From: Rebecca billardiae RCC1528
Taxonomy: Eukaryota > Protista > Haptophyta
Reading direction: 5' to 3'
DNA: 64,000 bases
Assembly (NCBI GenBank): GCA_965240325.2
Contig: OZ251231.1
Location: 1,860,001 to 1,924,000 of the forward strand
Shown: positions 33,710-43,500 of the stretch, piece after piece
How the letters are laid out: each line of letters starts with the position of its first letter
Position numbering within the stretch: position 1 is the stretch's first letter
The notes under the pieces: model-generated
The model's input: the letters and a program-made list of their open reading frames with translations, nothing else
What the model was told of the DNA's origin: nothing
Database searches by the model: none
Translations under genes and position numbers: made by a program

Positions 33710-35560
33710 TTACATGCCCAGGATCTGAGCACGAAGTTTGAGGAAGGCGGCCGGGCCGAGCGGCTTGGTCATGATGTCGGCCGGGTTCTCGGTGCCGGGG
33801 ATCAAGAAGAGCTTGAAGGTGCCGGCGCGGACGTGCTGACGGTTCCAGTGGTACTGGACGTCGATGTGCTTGGTGCGGTTGTGGTACTTCTCGTTGTCCG
33901 TGAGGTCCACCACCGCCTTGTTGTCCTCGAAGAGCTTGGTCGGCGCGAGCTGCGGGTAGCCGAGGTCGGTGAGCAGCTTGCGCATGAAGATGATCTCCTT
34001 GCCGGCGGAGGTGACGGCCATGTACTCAGCTTCGGTCGAGCTCAGAGCCGTCGTGCGCTGCTTCTCGCGGCGGCCGCTCACCGTCGAGCCGCAGAGGTGC
34101 ATCACGTAGCCGGTGACAGACTTGCGCTCGTCGTGGAGGTCGTTGGCGTAGTCGGCGTCCACGTACGCGACGAGCATGACGTCCGAGCCCGAGCGGAAGA
34201 AGAGGCCGTGGTTCGGCGTGCCGGCGAGGTAGCGGATGACGCGCTTGGCAGCCTCGAGGTGCTTCTTGCCCGGCTTGGACATGAAGTGGGTGAGCGTGCC
34301 GACGGCGTAGGCGATGTCCGGGCGAAACTGCGTGATGTGGATGAGCGAGCCGACCACGGAGCGGAAGAACGTCGTCGTCTCCGCGTCGAGCGCGTCTGAC
34401 TCGGAGCACGGGCCGAGCTTGAGGCCCTCGGTCATCGGCGTGTCGGACGTGTTGCAGTTCATGAAGCCCGTCTTCTCGAGGAGCTCGAGGATGTTCTTGG
34501 TGACGGTCACCATGATGCCGTCCTTGGAGCGCGTGAGCGTGGCCGACAGGTAGCCGTCGATGTCGGCCGTGATGGTCATCTTGTACGAGGATGTGATCTT
34601 CGAGATGAAGTTGTCGCAGGCGGTCGGGTCGTCGCTGTCGTCGAGGATGAGCATGTCGTCCACGTAGATGCACACGGCGATGATGCCCGACTGCGTGTTG
34701 AGGACATAGAGGCACGGGTCGGCCTGGCTCTGCGCGAACCCGTACTCCTTCATCCAGTCGTCGATCATGAGACGCCAGTTGCGGCCGGACTGCTTGAGAC
34801 CGTAGAGGCTCTTGAGGAGGCGCAGCACGACGTCGCCCTTCGTCTTCGGCTTGTACCCGAGCGGCAGCTCGAGGTAGATCTCGTAGTCGATCGGCGCGTT
34901 GAGGTACGCCGTCGTGAAGTCGCCGTGGAAGAGGCGGCGCTGCTTGGCCGCGGCGATGGCGATGATCATCTTGAGGGTCTCGTAGCGGACGACCGAGGAG
35001 AAGGTCTCGTCGTAGTCGATGCCCTCGATCTGCGTGAAGCCCTTGCCCACGACGCGGGCCTTGAACCGCTTGATGTTGCCCTTCTTGTCGCGCTTGATGT
35101 TGAACACGGGCGCCGCCTTCAGCGTGCGCATCCCCGGCTTGCGCGGCACCTCCACCCACGTGTCGTTGGCCAGGATGGAGGCGTACTCGGCGTCGAGAGC
35201 GGCGGCGAACTGCGTCGCATGCGGGCCGTTGAGTGCTTGCACCGCCGTCGGCGTGTCCGAGAGTCCGATGGCGAGCAGGAGCGCGTAGATGCGCGGCAGC
35301 TTGGAGTAAGTCGGCGACGCGACCGAGTTGACGTGTGCGCGCGCGCGCGTGCGAGATGAGGGCGGGTCGTCGTCGTTGAGCGCGTTGCCGACATCGAGGG
35401 AGTCCTCGGCGCCGGCGGCGTCGTCGTCAGCGTCTCCGACGTAGGCGTGCGGTGCGTCCCCCACCCGCTCAGCGTGTCCGAATGCGCCGGCGCCATCGCG
35501 GCGCCGGACGGCGCCGTGGGAACTTCCCCCATTACCCACATCGGCAGCATGGAAGGTTGA
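33710..35560 (-). CDS. pol: Copia reverse transcriptase - RNase H
   Basis: KARVVGKGFTQIEGIDYDETF, LLKSLYGLKQSGRNW, IYVDDM, YVDADYA, SSTEAEY, FEDNKA, NPADIMTKPL. Lies in the +1 frame relative to the upstream ORF. Confidence 0.95.
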   Translation of the reverse strand, partial: STFHAADVGNGGSSHGAVRRRDGAGAFGHAERVGDAPHAYVGDADDDAAGAEDSLDVGNALNDDDPPSSRTRARAHVNSVASPTYSKLPRIYALLLAIGLSDTPTAVQALNGPHATQFAAALDAEYASILANDTWVEVPRKPGMRTLKAAPVFNIKRDKKGNIKRFKARVVGKGFTQIEGIDYDETFSSVVRYETLKMIIAIAAAKQRRLFHGDFTTAYLNAPIDYEIYLELPLGYKPKTKGDVVLRLLKSLYGLKQSGRNWRLMIDDWMKEYGFAQSQADPCLYVLNTQSGIIAVCIYVDDMLILDDSDDPTACDNFISKITSSYKMTITADIDGYLSATLTRSKDGIMVTVTKNILELLEKTGFMNCNTSDTPMTEGLKLGPCSESDALDAETTTFFRSVVGSLIHITQFRPDIAYAVGTLTHFMSKPGKKHLEAAKRVIRYLAGTPNHGLFFRSGSDVMLVAYVDADYANDLHDERKSVTGYVMHLCGSTVSGRREKQRTTALSSTEAEYMAVTSAGKEIIFMRKLLTDLGYPQLAPTKLFEDNKAVVDLTDNEKYHNRTKHIDVQYHWNRQHVRAGTFKLFLIPGTENPADIMTKPLGPAAFLKLRAQILGM

Positions 35561-38500
35561 GCGGCGGCGGCGTCGGCGGCAGCTGCGGCGCGGCGGCGAG
35601 CGGGTCGCGCGCGATGTGAGCGGCGTCGGGGTGGTCGACGTAGAGCGTGTCCTCGTCGAAGCGCACGTGGTGCGAGATGATGAACATGTCCGGGACGATC
35701 TGGCCGTCGCCGGGCACGCGCACGATGATCGCCTTCGTGTAGCGCGTGCGGTTCTTGGGCGGGACGTTCACCATGTGGCCGTCGTCGCCGTGGCCGACGT
35801 AGACGCCCATGACGGCGCGCGGGTCGAGCTTCTTGAAGTGCGTGTTCGGCGGCACGACGTAGGCGACGCAGCCGAAGACACGCAGCTGAGCGAGATCTGG
35901 CGGGAAGCCGCGCAGCAGCTCGAACGGCGTCTTGTCGAACGTCACCGGCGTGGCGATGCGGCGGATGATGTACGCGGCGTGGCGCAGCGCGTCCTTGGCG
36001 TAGGCGTCGATGCGCAGCTTGGAGTGGAACAGGATCGAGCGCGCCGCGTTGAAGAGCGTCTGGATGAAGCGCTCGGCGATCGGGTTGTGCTGCGGCGTGT
36101 CGGGCGGCGTGACCTGGTTGGGGGCGATGCCGTGGGCGCGGCAGATGCCCTCCCACTCGGTCGAGTTGAGCTCGGGGGCGCCGTCGACGCGGAAGCGGCT
36201 GACGGTGTGGCCGTAGACCGACATGTCGTCGATGAAGCGTCGCATCGCCTCCGGTGCGTCCGAGCGGCGGTCGAGGAAGTAGATGAAGCCGGCCCGGGTG
36301 TAGTCGTCGACAAACACGATCACGTAGAACTTGGCAAAATCGTCCGGGTTCACGATGAACTTGCCGTCGACGTAGCCGGCGACGTCGACATGGACGAGCA
36401 CGAACGCCTTCTCCGAGCGGGGCGACGTGGACGTGAACGAGTTGCGCTTCATCTTGGCGAGCGCGCACGAGCAGTCCGACTTGAGGTTGCGCGCGCCGAG
36501 GTGCTTGGATGCGGCGAGCGTGCGGTTGACGGCAGCGGCGTGAGCGTGGCCGAGGCGGAGGTGAGCGACGCGCGAGAGCTCGTCGGTGTCCTTGAACTCG
36601 ACGCAGCACTCGTCGCAGAACGTGTCGTCGTCCGGCGCGAGGTCGGCGGTCTGCGAGGCCTGGTCCATGGTCACGATGACGAGAGCGCCGTCGGACGTGG
36701 GCGGCTGCGCCGGCGGCGGCGGCAGCGAGGACTGAAGCGGGGCGGGCGGCACGTGGAGGCCGGACGCGGCGATGGTGGGCGACGGCGAGTCGTCGTCCGG
36801 GATGAAGACGGCGCATGCGAGATCGCGGCCGTGCAGCGGAACGAGCTTGTCGCCGTACAGCAGGTACCGGCCGCCCTGCGCGTGGATCGGGGTGACGCCG
36901 GACATGAAGGTGGTCGGCGCCGCGAGCGAGATGAACGAGATGCCGAGGCGGGTCAGCCAAGTGTCGCTCATGTAGAAGCCCGGGACGTCTGGAGAGAGCG
37001 GGACGTCCGTGAGCGGCAGCGTGATGAGGTCGCCGTCGATCGAGCGCATGCCGAGGGCGAACGAGGCCGAGGTGTTGATCTTGATCCGCGTGCCGTTCGC
37101 CGCGCGCGCCTCCGAGAACTGGCGGAAGGACTTGGCGGCAAACAGAGAGAACGCGGTTGAGGCGATGGTGGTGTCCGCGCCGGTGTCGATCATGATCGAG
37201 ATGCTCGCCTGGGCGATGTCGCCTGTGAACGGCGTGCCGATGGCGAAGGAGATCGTCGAGTGCACGTTCTCAATCTCCTCCGGATCGGCGAGCAACGGCT
37301 GCTGGATGCAGGTCGGGTTGATCGGGTCAAACGAGCGGGAGACGCCGCAGATGATGGGCTGGCCGGTGCGGGCGCAGCAGGTGACCGCGGCGAGGATCGA
37401 GATGATGGCGAGGACGGCGAGCGCGACGAGGAAGAGGAAGGCACCGTGCGAGGACTTGAAGAGCGCGCGGAGCCGACCCTCGTGCTTGAACCGCGGCGGC
37501 GGCGGCTCGTACTGGACGATCAGGTCATCGATGTAGGCGCCGGCGCCACCGAAAGGCCGTGCGCGATGGATCTCGGCCTCGGCCGCGGCGGCTGCGGCGA
37601 GGAACTCGTACGGGCTGAGCGTGAGCGGCTCTCCGGCGAGCTGGCCGAGGTGGCCGAGCGGGTAGGTGTGGTTGCCCGCGATGGAGACGTCGTCCAGGCT
37701 GGGGCAGTCGTCGGACGTGTCCGAGGCCGCATCCGAAGCCGAGGTCGTGGTCGAGGGAGTGCACGGGACAAGGTCCGGCAGCTCATCGTCCGTCTCCGAG
37801 GCCGAGTCGGAGGCGGAGGCGTCGCGGTCGTCCGGGGGGTTGGCGAGACGGAACGGCTTGAGGTGGAACGGCTCGTAGGAGGCGGGCTTGCGGATGGACT
37901 GGCGCAACGCCATGATGAGCACATTCTGGCCGCGCTCGAGCTCGGCCGCCGTCGCGAGCTGGATCGGGGAGCCGGCCTCAGACGCCGGCGGCGACGGCGA
38001 GTCGACCTGCGTCGGCGGCGACGGCGGGCCGAAGGGCGGCGGCGGCGAGCTGGCCTGCGTCGGCGGGTCGAACAGTGGCGGCGGCGGCGAGTAGAGCGCC
38101 GGCTGCTGGTCGATGAGCGACAGCGCCGGCTGCTGCGAGTCGGCGGGCGGCGGCAGCGGCGGCGTGTTGGTGAGCGCCGGCTGCGAGTTGGAGTGCGCCC
38201 GCGACAGCTGCGGGTCGGCGGGCGGCGGCGAGTTGGCGGGCGCCGGCGGCGGCGGCGGCGCGCCGGCGGGCTGCCGCGACGACGGCGTGAGGACGAGCGT
38301 CGGCAGCGAGTTGAAGCGCGCCCGCGACAGCGGCGAGTCGGCGGGCGGCTGCGAGTTGGCGGGCGGCGGCGGCGGCGCGTCGGCGTCGGTCGCCGCCGGC
38401 TGCGAGTTGGGGCCTGACGCCGAGCCCGAGATGGAGATGGCGTTGAGCGTCGGCGTGCCGTCCTGGATGAGCCGCACGCGCGTCGTGGTCGCCGACGGCT

Positions 38501-39467
38501 TCGCCCGCTGCGGCGTCGGCTGCGGCTGCGACTGCGAGGGCGCGGAGGGCACGCGCTGGAGCTTGTTGGACTTGTGAGTCGGGCGGCGCGCGCCGCCGGA
38601 GCGAGCGTCGGCTGCGGGCGTCGCGCCCGAGGAGCGCGAGGTGGACGTCTGGGGGCGGTTCGGGCAGTCGCGGTTCCAGTGCATGCCGCCGCAGTACTTG
38701 CACGGGGTAGGAGGCATGGATGCGCCGGGCTGGCCCTTGGAGGTGAGCGCGTTGACGGCCTGGCGGTTGGGGTTCGTGCCGTTGGCGGCGGCGGCGACGC
38801 GGTCGAGATCGTGCACGCGCTCGATGAGATCCTCCACAGAGATGGGCTGGTCGTTCATCGTCGCGATCACCGAGCTGACGAAGGACGGGTTGCGGCCGTA
38901 GAGGTTCACGAGGATGACGACGAGCGTGAAGATGTCGTCCTTGATCTCGACGCCGCGCAGCTCCGTGGCGTTGGACATCACACGAGCAGCAAAGGTGTGG
39001 AAGCTCTCGCTCGGCGACAGCTTGATCGAGAGCAGGGCGTACAGCTTGGCGACGAGCGAGGAGGGGCGGGAGCTGTTGCAGCGCACGTTGAGCGCGTTGA
39101 CGAGATGAGACAGCTCGAGCCCGAGACCCGAGTGCTGCAACTGCGCGATGATCGGGTCGAGGATGCGAGGAGCGACCGCCTTGAGAAGCAACTGCACGAT
39201 GAAAGCCTGCGTGCGCAGCTGCTTGGCCTGGATGGTGGCGGCGGCGGTGGACGGGGGGCAGACGATGGGCTTGTCCGCGCCGGTATCGTCCTTGCCCGGC
39301 TCGAGGGGCGAGGACGGGTTGGAGAACGCGAGCGCGACGTCCATGTCCGGCTTCGACGTGACCATGACCACAAGAACGGAGATGGCCGTGCGGAGGTCCT
39401 GCGGCTTGAGGACGAGAGCTCGCGGCGGGAGCTGGTCACGCATGTCGCCACCCGGCGGCTCCACCAT
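35532..39467 (-). CDS. gag-pol: Copia Gag - protease - integrase
   Basis: CCHC knuckle CKYCGGMHWNRDC, protease IDTGA, HLRLGH..CSC, integrase VHVD / VDDYTR / RVDGAPE / AER, and LRVFGC. Confidence 0.93.
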   Translation of the reverse strand: MVEPPGGDMRDQLPPRALVLKPQDLRTAISVLVVMVTSKPDMDVALAFSNPSSPLEPGKDDTGADKPIVCPPSTAAATIQAKQLRTQAFIVQLLLKAVAPRILDPIIAQLQHSGLGLELSHLVNALNVRCNSSRPSSLVAKLYALLSIKLSPSESFHTFAARVMSNATELRGVEIKDDIFTLVVILVNLYGRNPSFVSSVIATMNDQPISVEDLIERVHDLDRVAAAANGTNPNRQAVNALTSKGQPGASMPPTPCKYCGGMHWNRDCPNRPQTSTSRSSGATPAADARSGGARRPTHKSNKLQRVPSAPSQSQPQPTPQRAKPSATTTRVRLIQDGTPTLNAISISGSASGPNSQPAATDADAPPPPPANSQPPADSPLSRARFNSLPTLVLTPSSRQPAGAPPPPPAPANSPPPADPQLSRAHSNSQPALTNTPPLPPPADSQQPALSLIDQQPALYSPPPPLFDPPTQASSPPPPFGPPSPPTQVDSPSPPASEAGSPIQLATAAELERGQNVLIMALRQSIRKPASYEPFHLKPFRLANPPDDRDASASDSASETDDELPDLVPCTPSTTTSASDAASDTSDDCPSLDDVSIAGNHTYPLGHLGQLAGEPLTLSPYEFLAAAAAAEAEIHRARPFGGAGAYIDDLIVQYEPPPPRFKHEGRLRALFKSSHGAFLFLVALAVLAIISILAAVTCCARTGQPIICGVSRSFDPINPTCIQQPLLADPEEIENVHSTISFAIGTPFTGDIAQASISIMIDTGADTTIASTAFSLFAAKSFRQFSEARAANGTRIKINTSASFALGMRSIDGDLITLPLTDVPLSPDVPGFYMSDTWLTRLGISFISLAAPTTFMSGVTPIHAQGGRYLLYGDKLVPLHGRDLACAVFIPDDDSPSPTIAASGLHVPPAPLQSSLPPPPAQPPTSDGALVIVTMDQASQTADLAPDDDTFCDECCVEFKDTDELSRVAHLRLGHAHAAAVNRTLAASKHLGARNLKSDCSCALAKMKRNSFTSTSPRSEKAFVLVHVDVAGYVDGKFIVNPDDFAKFYVIVFVDDYTRAGFIYFLDRRSDAPEAMRRFIDDMSVYGHTVSRFRVDGAPELNSTEWEGICRAHGIAPNQVTPPDTPQHNPIAERFIQTLFNAARSILFHSKLRIDAYAKDALRHAAYIIRRIATPVTFDKTPFELLRGFPPDLAQLRVFGCVAYVVPPNTHFKKLDPRAVMGVYVGHGDDGHMVNVPPKNRTRYTKAIIVRVPGDGQIVPDMFIISHHVRFDEDTLYVDHPDAAHIARDPLAAAPQLPPTPPPLNLPCCRCG

Positions 39468-39791
39468 GTCAAAGGGTGAAGAGAGCGACGGGGCCGTGAG
39501 GCCCGAGGCGTGACGCTGAGGCTCGTCGGTGCGGACGACGAGGAGTTGGGAGTTCGACTCGAGGTGCGGTGAAGCGACACGGAACTGAACTGCCCTGGCG
39601 AGGAAGGAATCCCGAGCCGTCTAAGACTGTGCTGGAGGCACTGATAGCCATCAACGGGTAAGTCGGGAAAGTGGCCATGATGGGCGCGTGTATGATCCCG
39701 ACTCGATAATGAATGTCGGTGTAGTGTGACGGTTGGTGATCCGGGTGTGTACGCACGGGAGAGCGAGTCCGGGTAACGTTGGATCTTGACA
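39467..39791 (-). repeat. 5' LTR (325 bp)
   Basis: TG...CA ends, with the PBS immediately adjacent. Confidence 0.95.
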
Positions 39792-40520
39792 CTCTGAGCG
39801 GCTGTATGTACTGGCGCCCAGAATTTCGGCTGGAGATTCTGAGCGGCGGTATGGGTTGACGCCCAGAATTTTGGCAGAAGGTTCTGAGCAGTTGTATGTA
39901 CTGGCGCCTGAATTTCGGCTGGAGATTCTGAGCGGCGGTATGGGTTCACGCCCAGAATTTTGGCAGAAGGCGCTGAGCGGCTGTATGTACTGGCGCCCAG
40001 AATTTCGGCTGGAGATTCTGAGCGGCGGTATGGGTTCACGCCCAGAATTTTGGCAGAAGGCTCTGAGCGGCTGTATGTACTGGCGCCCAGAATTTCGGCT
40101 GGAGGTTCTGAGCGGCGGTATGGGTTGCGCCCAGAATTTTGGCAGAATATTCCGAGCGGCTGTATGTACTGGCGCCTAGAATTTCGGCTGGAGATTCTGA
40201 GCGACTGCATGGGTTGCCCAGAATTTCGGCGGGAGATTCTGGGCGACTGCATGGGCTGGCGCCCAGAATTTCGGCGCGAGATTCTGAGCTGCTGCATAGG
40301 TTGAGCCCAGAATTTTGGCAGAATATTCCAAGCAGCTGTATGTACTGGCGACCAGAATTTCGGCATGAGACTCTGTGAGAGTTGTATGTACTGATCCCCA
40401 GACTTTTGGCGAGGGATTCCGAGCCGCTGTATGTACTGGCGACCAGAATTTCAGCGGAAGATTATGAACCGCTGCACGGGTTGGCGCACAGAATATCGGC
40501 AAGGTATTCTGAGCTCTCTG
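39792..40520. repeat. 45-bp (90-bp dimer) satellite, right part
   Basis: Period 90 (tggcgcccag at 39991 and 40081) with 45-bp halves. Halves contain a CAGAA(T)...(A)TTCTG dyad; the array degenerates rightwards. Confidence 0.9.
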
Positions 40521-40525
40521 AATCA

Positions 40526-43500
40526 TCGTTACAGCTTGCAACCGGCCGTTACTGTCCTCACCTGCCAGCACCTGCCTCCGGAGTCCCTGGCCTCCGATGT
40601 AGCCAGTTACCTGGTTACACAGGTTACACAGGTTACATGGTTACACCGGCCGTTACAGCTCGCGACCGGCCGTTACGGTCCCCATCTACCAGCTCCTGCC
40701 CCAGACACCCTGGCCTCCGATGTAACCAGTTACCTGGTTACACAGGTTACACAGGTTACACAGGTTACAAGGTTACACCGGCCGTTACAGCTCGCGACCG
40801 GCCGTTACGGTCCCCAGCTGCCAGCTCCTGCCTCCAGAGTCCCTGGCCTCCGATGTAACCAGTTACCTGGTTACACAGGTTACTAAGGTTACACCGACCG
40901 TTACAGCTCGCGACCAGCCGTTACGGTCCCCACTACCTGCCATTGCTCCTGCCTCCAGAGTCCCTGGCCTCCGATGTAACCAGTTACCTGGTTACACAGG
41001 TTACAAGGTTACACCGGCCGTTACAGCTCGCGACCGACCGTTACGGTCCCCACCTGCCAGCTCCTGCCCCAGACACCCTGGCCTCCGATGTAACCAGTTA
41101 CCTGGTTACACAGGTTACAAGGTTACACCGGCCGTTACAGCTCGCGATCGGCCGTTACGGTCTCCACTACCTGCCATTGCTCCTGCCTCCAGAGTCCCTG
41201 GCCTCCGATGTAACCAGTTACATGGTTACACAGGTTACAAGGTTACACCGGCCGTTACAGCTCGCAACCGGCCGTCACGGTCCCTCCCACCTGCCAGCTC
41301 TTGCCTCAGACAGACAGACACTCTGCCCTCCGATGTAACCAGTTACCTGGTTACACAGGTTACAGGGTTACACCGGCCGTTACAGCTCGCTACCGGCCGT
41401 TACGGTCCCCACTACCTGCCATTGCTCCTGCCTCCAGAGTCCCTGGCCTCCGATGTAACCAGTTACCTGGTTACACAGGTTACAAGGTTACACCGGCCGT
41501 TACAGCTCGCGATCGGCCGTTACGGTCTCCACTACCTGCCATTGCTCCTGCCTCCAGAGTCCCTGGCCTCCGATGTAACCAGTTACCTGGTTACACAGGT
41601 TACAAGGTTACACCGGCCGTTACAGCTCGCAACCGGCCGTTACGGTCCCTCCCACCTGCCAGCTCTTGCCTCAGACAGACAGACACTCTGCCCTCCGATG
41701 TAACCAGTTACCTGGTTACACAGGTTACAAGGTTACACCGGCCGTTACAGCTCGCGACCGGCCGTTACGGTCCCCACTACCTGCCATTGCTCCTGCCTCC
41801 AGAGTCCCTGGCCTCCGATGTAACCAGTTACCTGGTTACACAGGTTACAAGGTTACACCGGCCGTTACAGCTCGCGACCGGCCGTTACGGTCCCCACTAC
41901 CTGCCATTGCTCCTGCCTCCAGAGTCCCTGGCCTCCGATGTAACCAGTTACCTGGTTACACAGGTTACAAGGTTACACCGGCCGTTACAGCTCGCGACCG
42001 GCCGTTACGGTCCCCACTACCTGCCATTGCTCCTGCCTCCAGAGTCCCTGGCCTCCGATGTAACCAGTTACCTGGTTACACAGGTTACAAGGTTACACCG
42101 GCCGTTACAGCTCGCGACCGGCCGTTACGGTCCCCGCCTGCCAGCTCCTGCCCCAGACACCCTGGCCTCCGATGTAACCAGTTACCTGGTTACACAGGTT
42201 ACAAGGTTACATCGGCCGTTACAGCTCGCGATCGGCCGTTACGGTCTCCACTACCTGCCATTGCTCCTGGCCCAGCCAGTCCCTGGCCTCCGATGTAACC
42301 AGTTACCTCGTTACACAGGTTACAAGGTTACACGGGCCGTTACAGCTCGCGACCGGCCGTTACGGTCGGCCCACCTGCCAGCTCCTGCCTCAGACACTCT
42401 GGCCTCCGATGTAACCAGTTACCTGGTTACACAGGTTACAAGGTTACACCGGCCGTTACAGCTCGCGATCGGCCGTTACGGTCTCCACTACCTGCCATTG
42501 CTCCTGCCTCCAGAGTCCCTGGCCTCCGATGTAACCAGTTACCTGGTTACACAGGTTACAAGGTTACACCGGCCGTTACAGCTCGCAACCGGCCGTTACG
42601 GTCCCTCCCACCTGCCAGCTCTTGCCTCAGACAGACAGACACTCTGCCCTCCGATGTAACCAGTTACCTGGTTACACAGGTTACAGGGTTACACCGGCCG
42701 TTACAGCTCGCGACCGGCCGTTACGGTCCCCACTACCTGCCATTGCTCCTGCCTCCAGAGTCCCTGGCCTCCGATGTAACCAGTTACCTGGTTACACAGG
42801 TTACAAGGTTACATCGGCCGTTACAGCTCGCGACCGGCCGTTACGGTCCCCACTACCTGCCATTGCTCCTGCCTCCAGAGTCCCTGGCCTCCGATGTAAC
42901 CAGTTACCTGGTTACACAGGTTACAGGGTTACACCGGCCGTTACAGCTCGCGACCGGCCGTTACGGTCCCCACTACCTGCCATTGCTCCTGCCTCCAGAG
43001 TCCCTGGCCTTCGATGTAACCAGTTACCTGGTTACACAGGTTACAAGGTTACACCGGCCGTTACAGCTCGCGACCGGCCGTTACGGTCCCCACTACCTGC
43101 CATTGCTCCTGCCTCCAGAGTCCCTGGCCTCCGATGTAACCAGTTACCTGGTTACACAGGTTACAAGGTTACACCGGCCGTTACAGCTCGCGACCGGCCG
43201 TTACGGTCTCCACTACCTGCCATTGCTCCTGCCTCCAGAGTCCCTGGCCTTCGATGTAACCAGTTACCTGGTTACACAGGTTACAAGGTTACACCGGCCG
43301 TTACAGCTCGCGACCGGCCGTTACGGTCCCCACTACCTGCCATTGCTCCTGCCTCCAGAGTCCCTGGCCTCCGATGTAACCAGTTACCTGGTTACACAGG
43401 TTACAAGGTTACACCGGCCGTTACAGCTCGCGATCGGCCGTTACGGTCTCCACTACCTGCCATTGCTCCTGCCTCCAGAGTCCCTGGCCTCCGATGTAAC

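Larger units (their letters stand above)
33113..39791 (-). mobile_element. Ty1/Copia LTR retrotransposon, full length and recent
   Basis: LTRs TGTCAA...TTGACA at 33113-33443 and 39467-39791. TSD CTCTG at 33108-33112 and 39792-39796. PBS TGGTGGAGCCGCCGGG, PPT GATTGGGTGGGGG, domain order gag-PR-IN-RT-RH. Confidence 0.97.

Noticed and set aside
37515-37560. PFG..AYIDDLIV as a second RT active site upstream of the protease
   Set aside because: It is an isolated short match with no surrounding RT motifs; the real YVDD lies in the downstream ORF.
39451-39466. tRNA or tmRNA gene ending in CTCCACCA
   Set aside because: Only a 3'-end-like sequence abutting the LTR, with no cloverleaf; it is the PBS.
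39856-40571. ORFs within the 45/90-bp satellite
   Set aside because: Open frames follow from a period divisible by 3; the array is degenerate and interrupted by the Copia.
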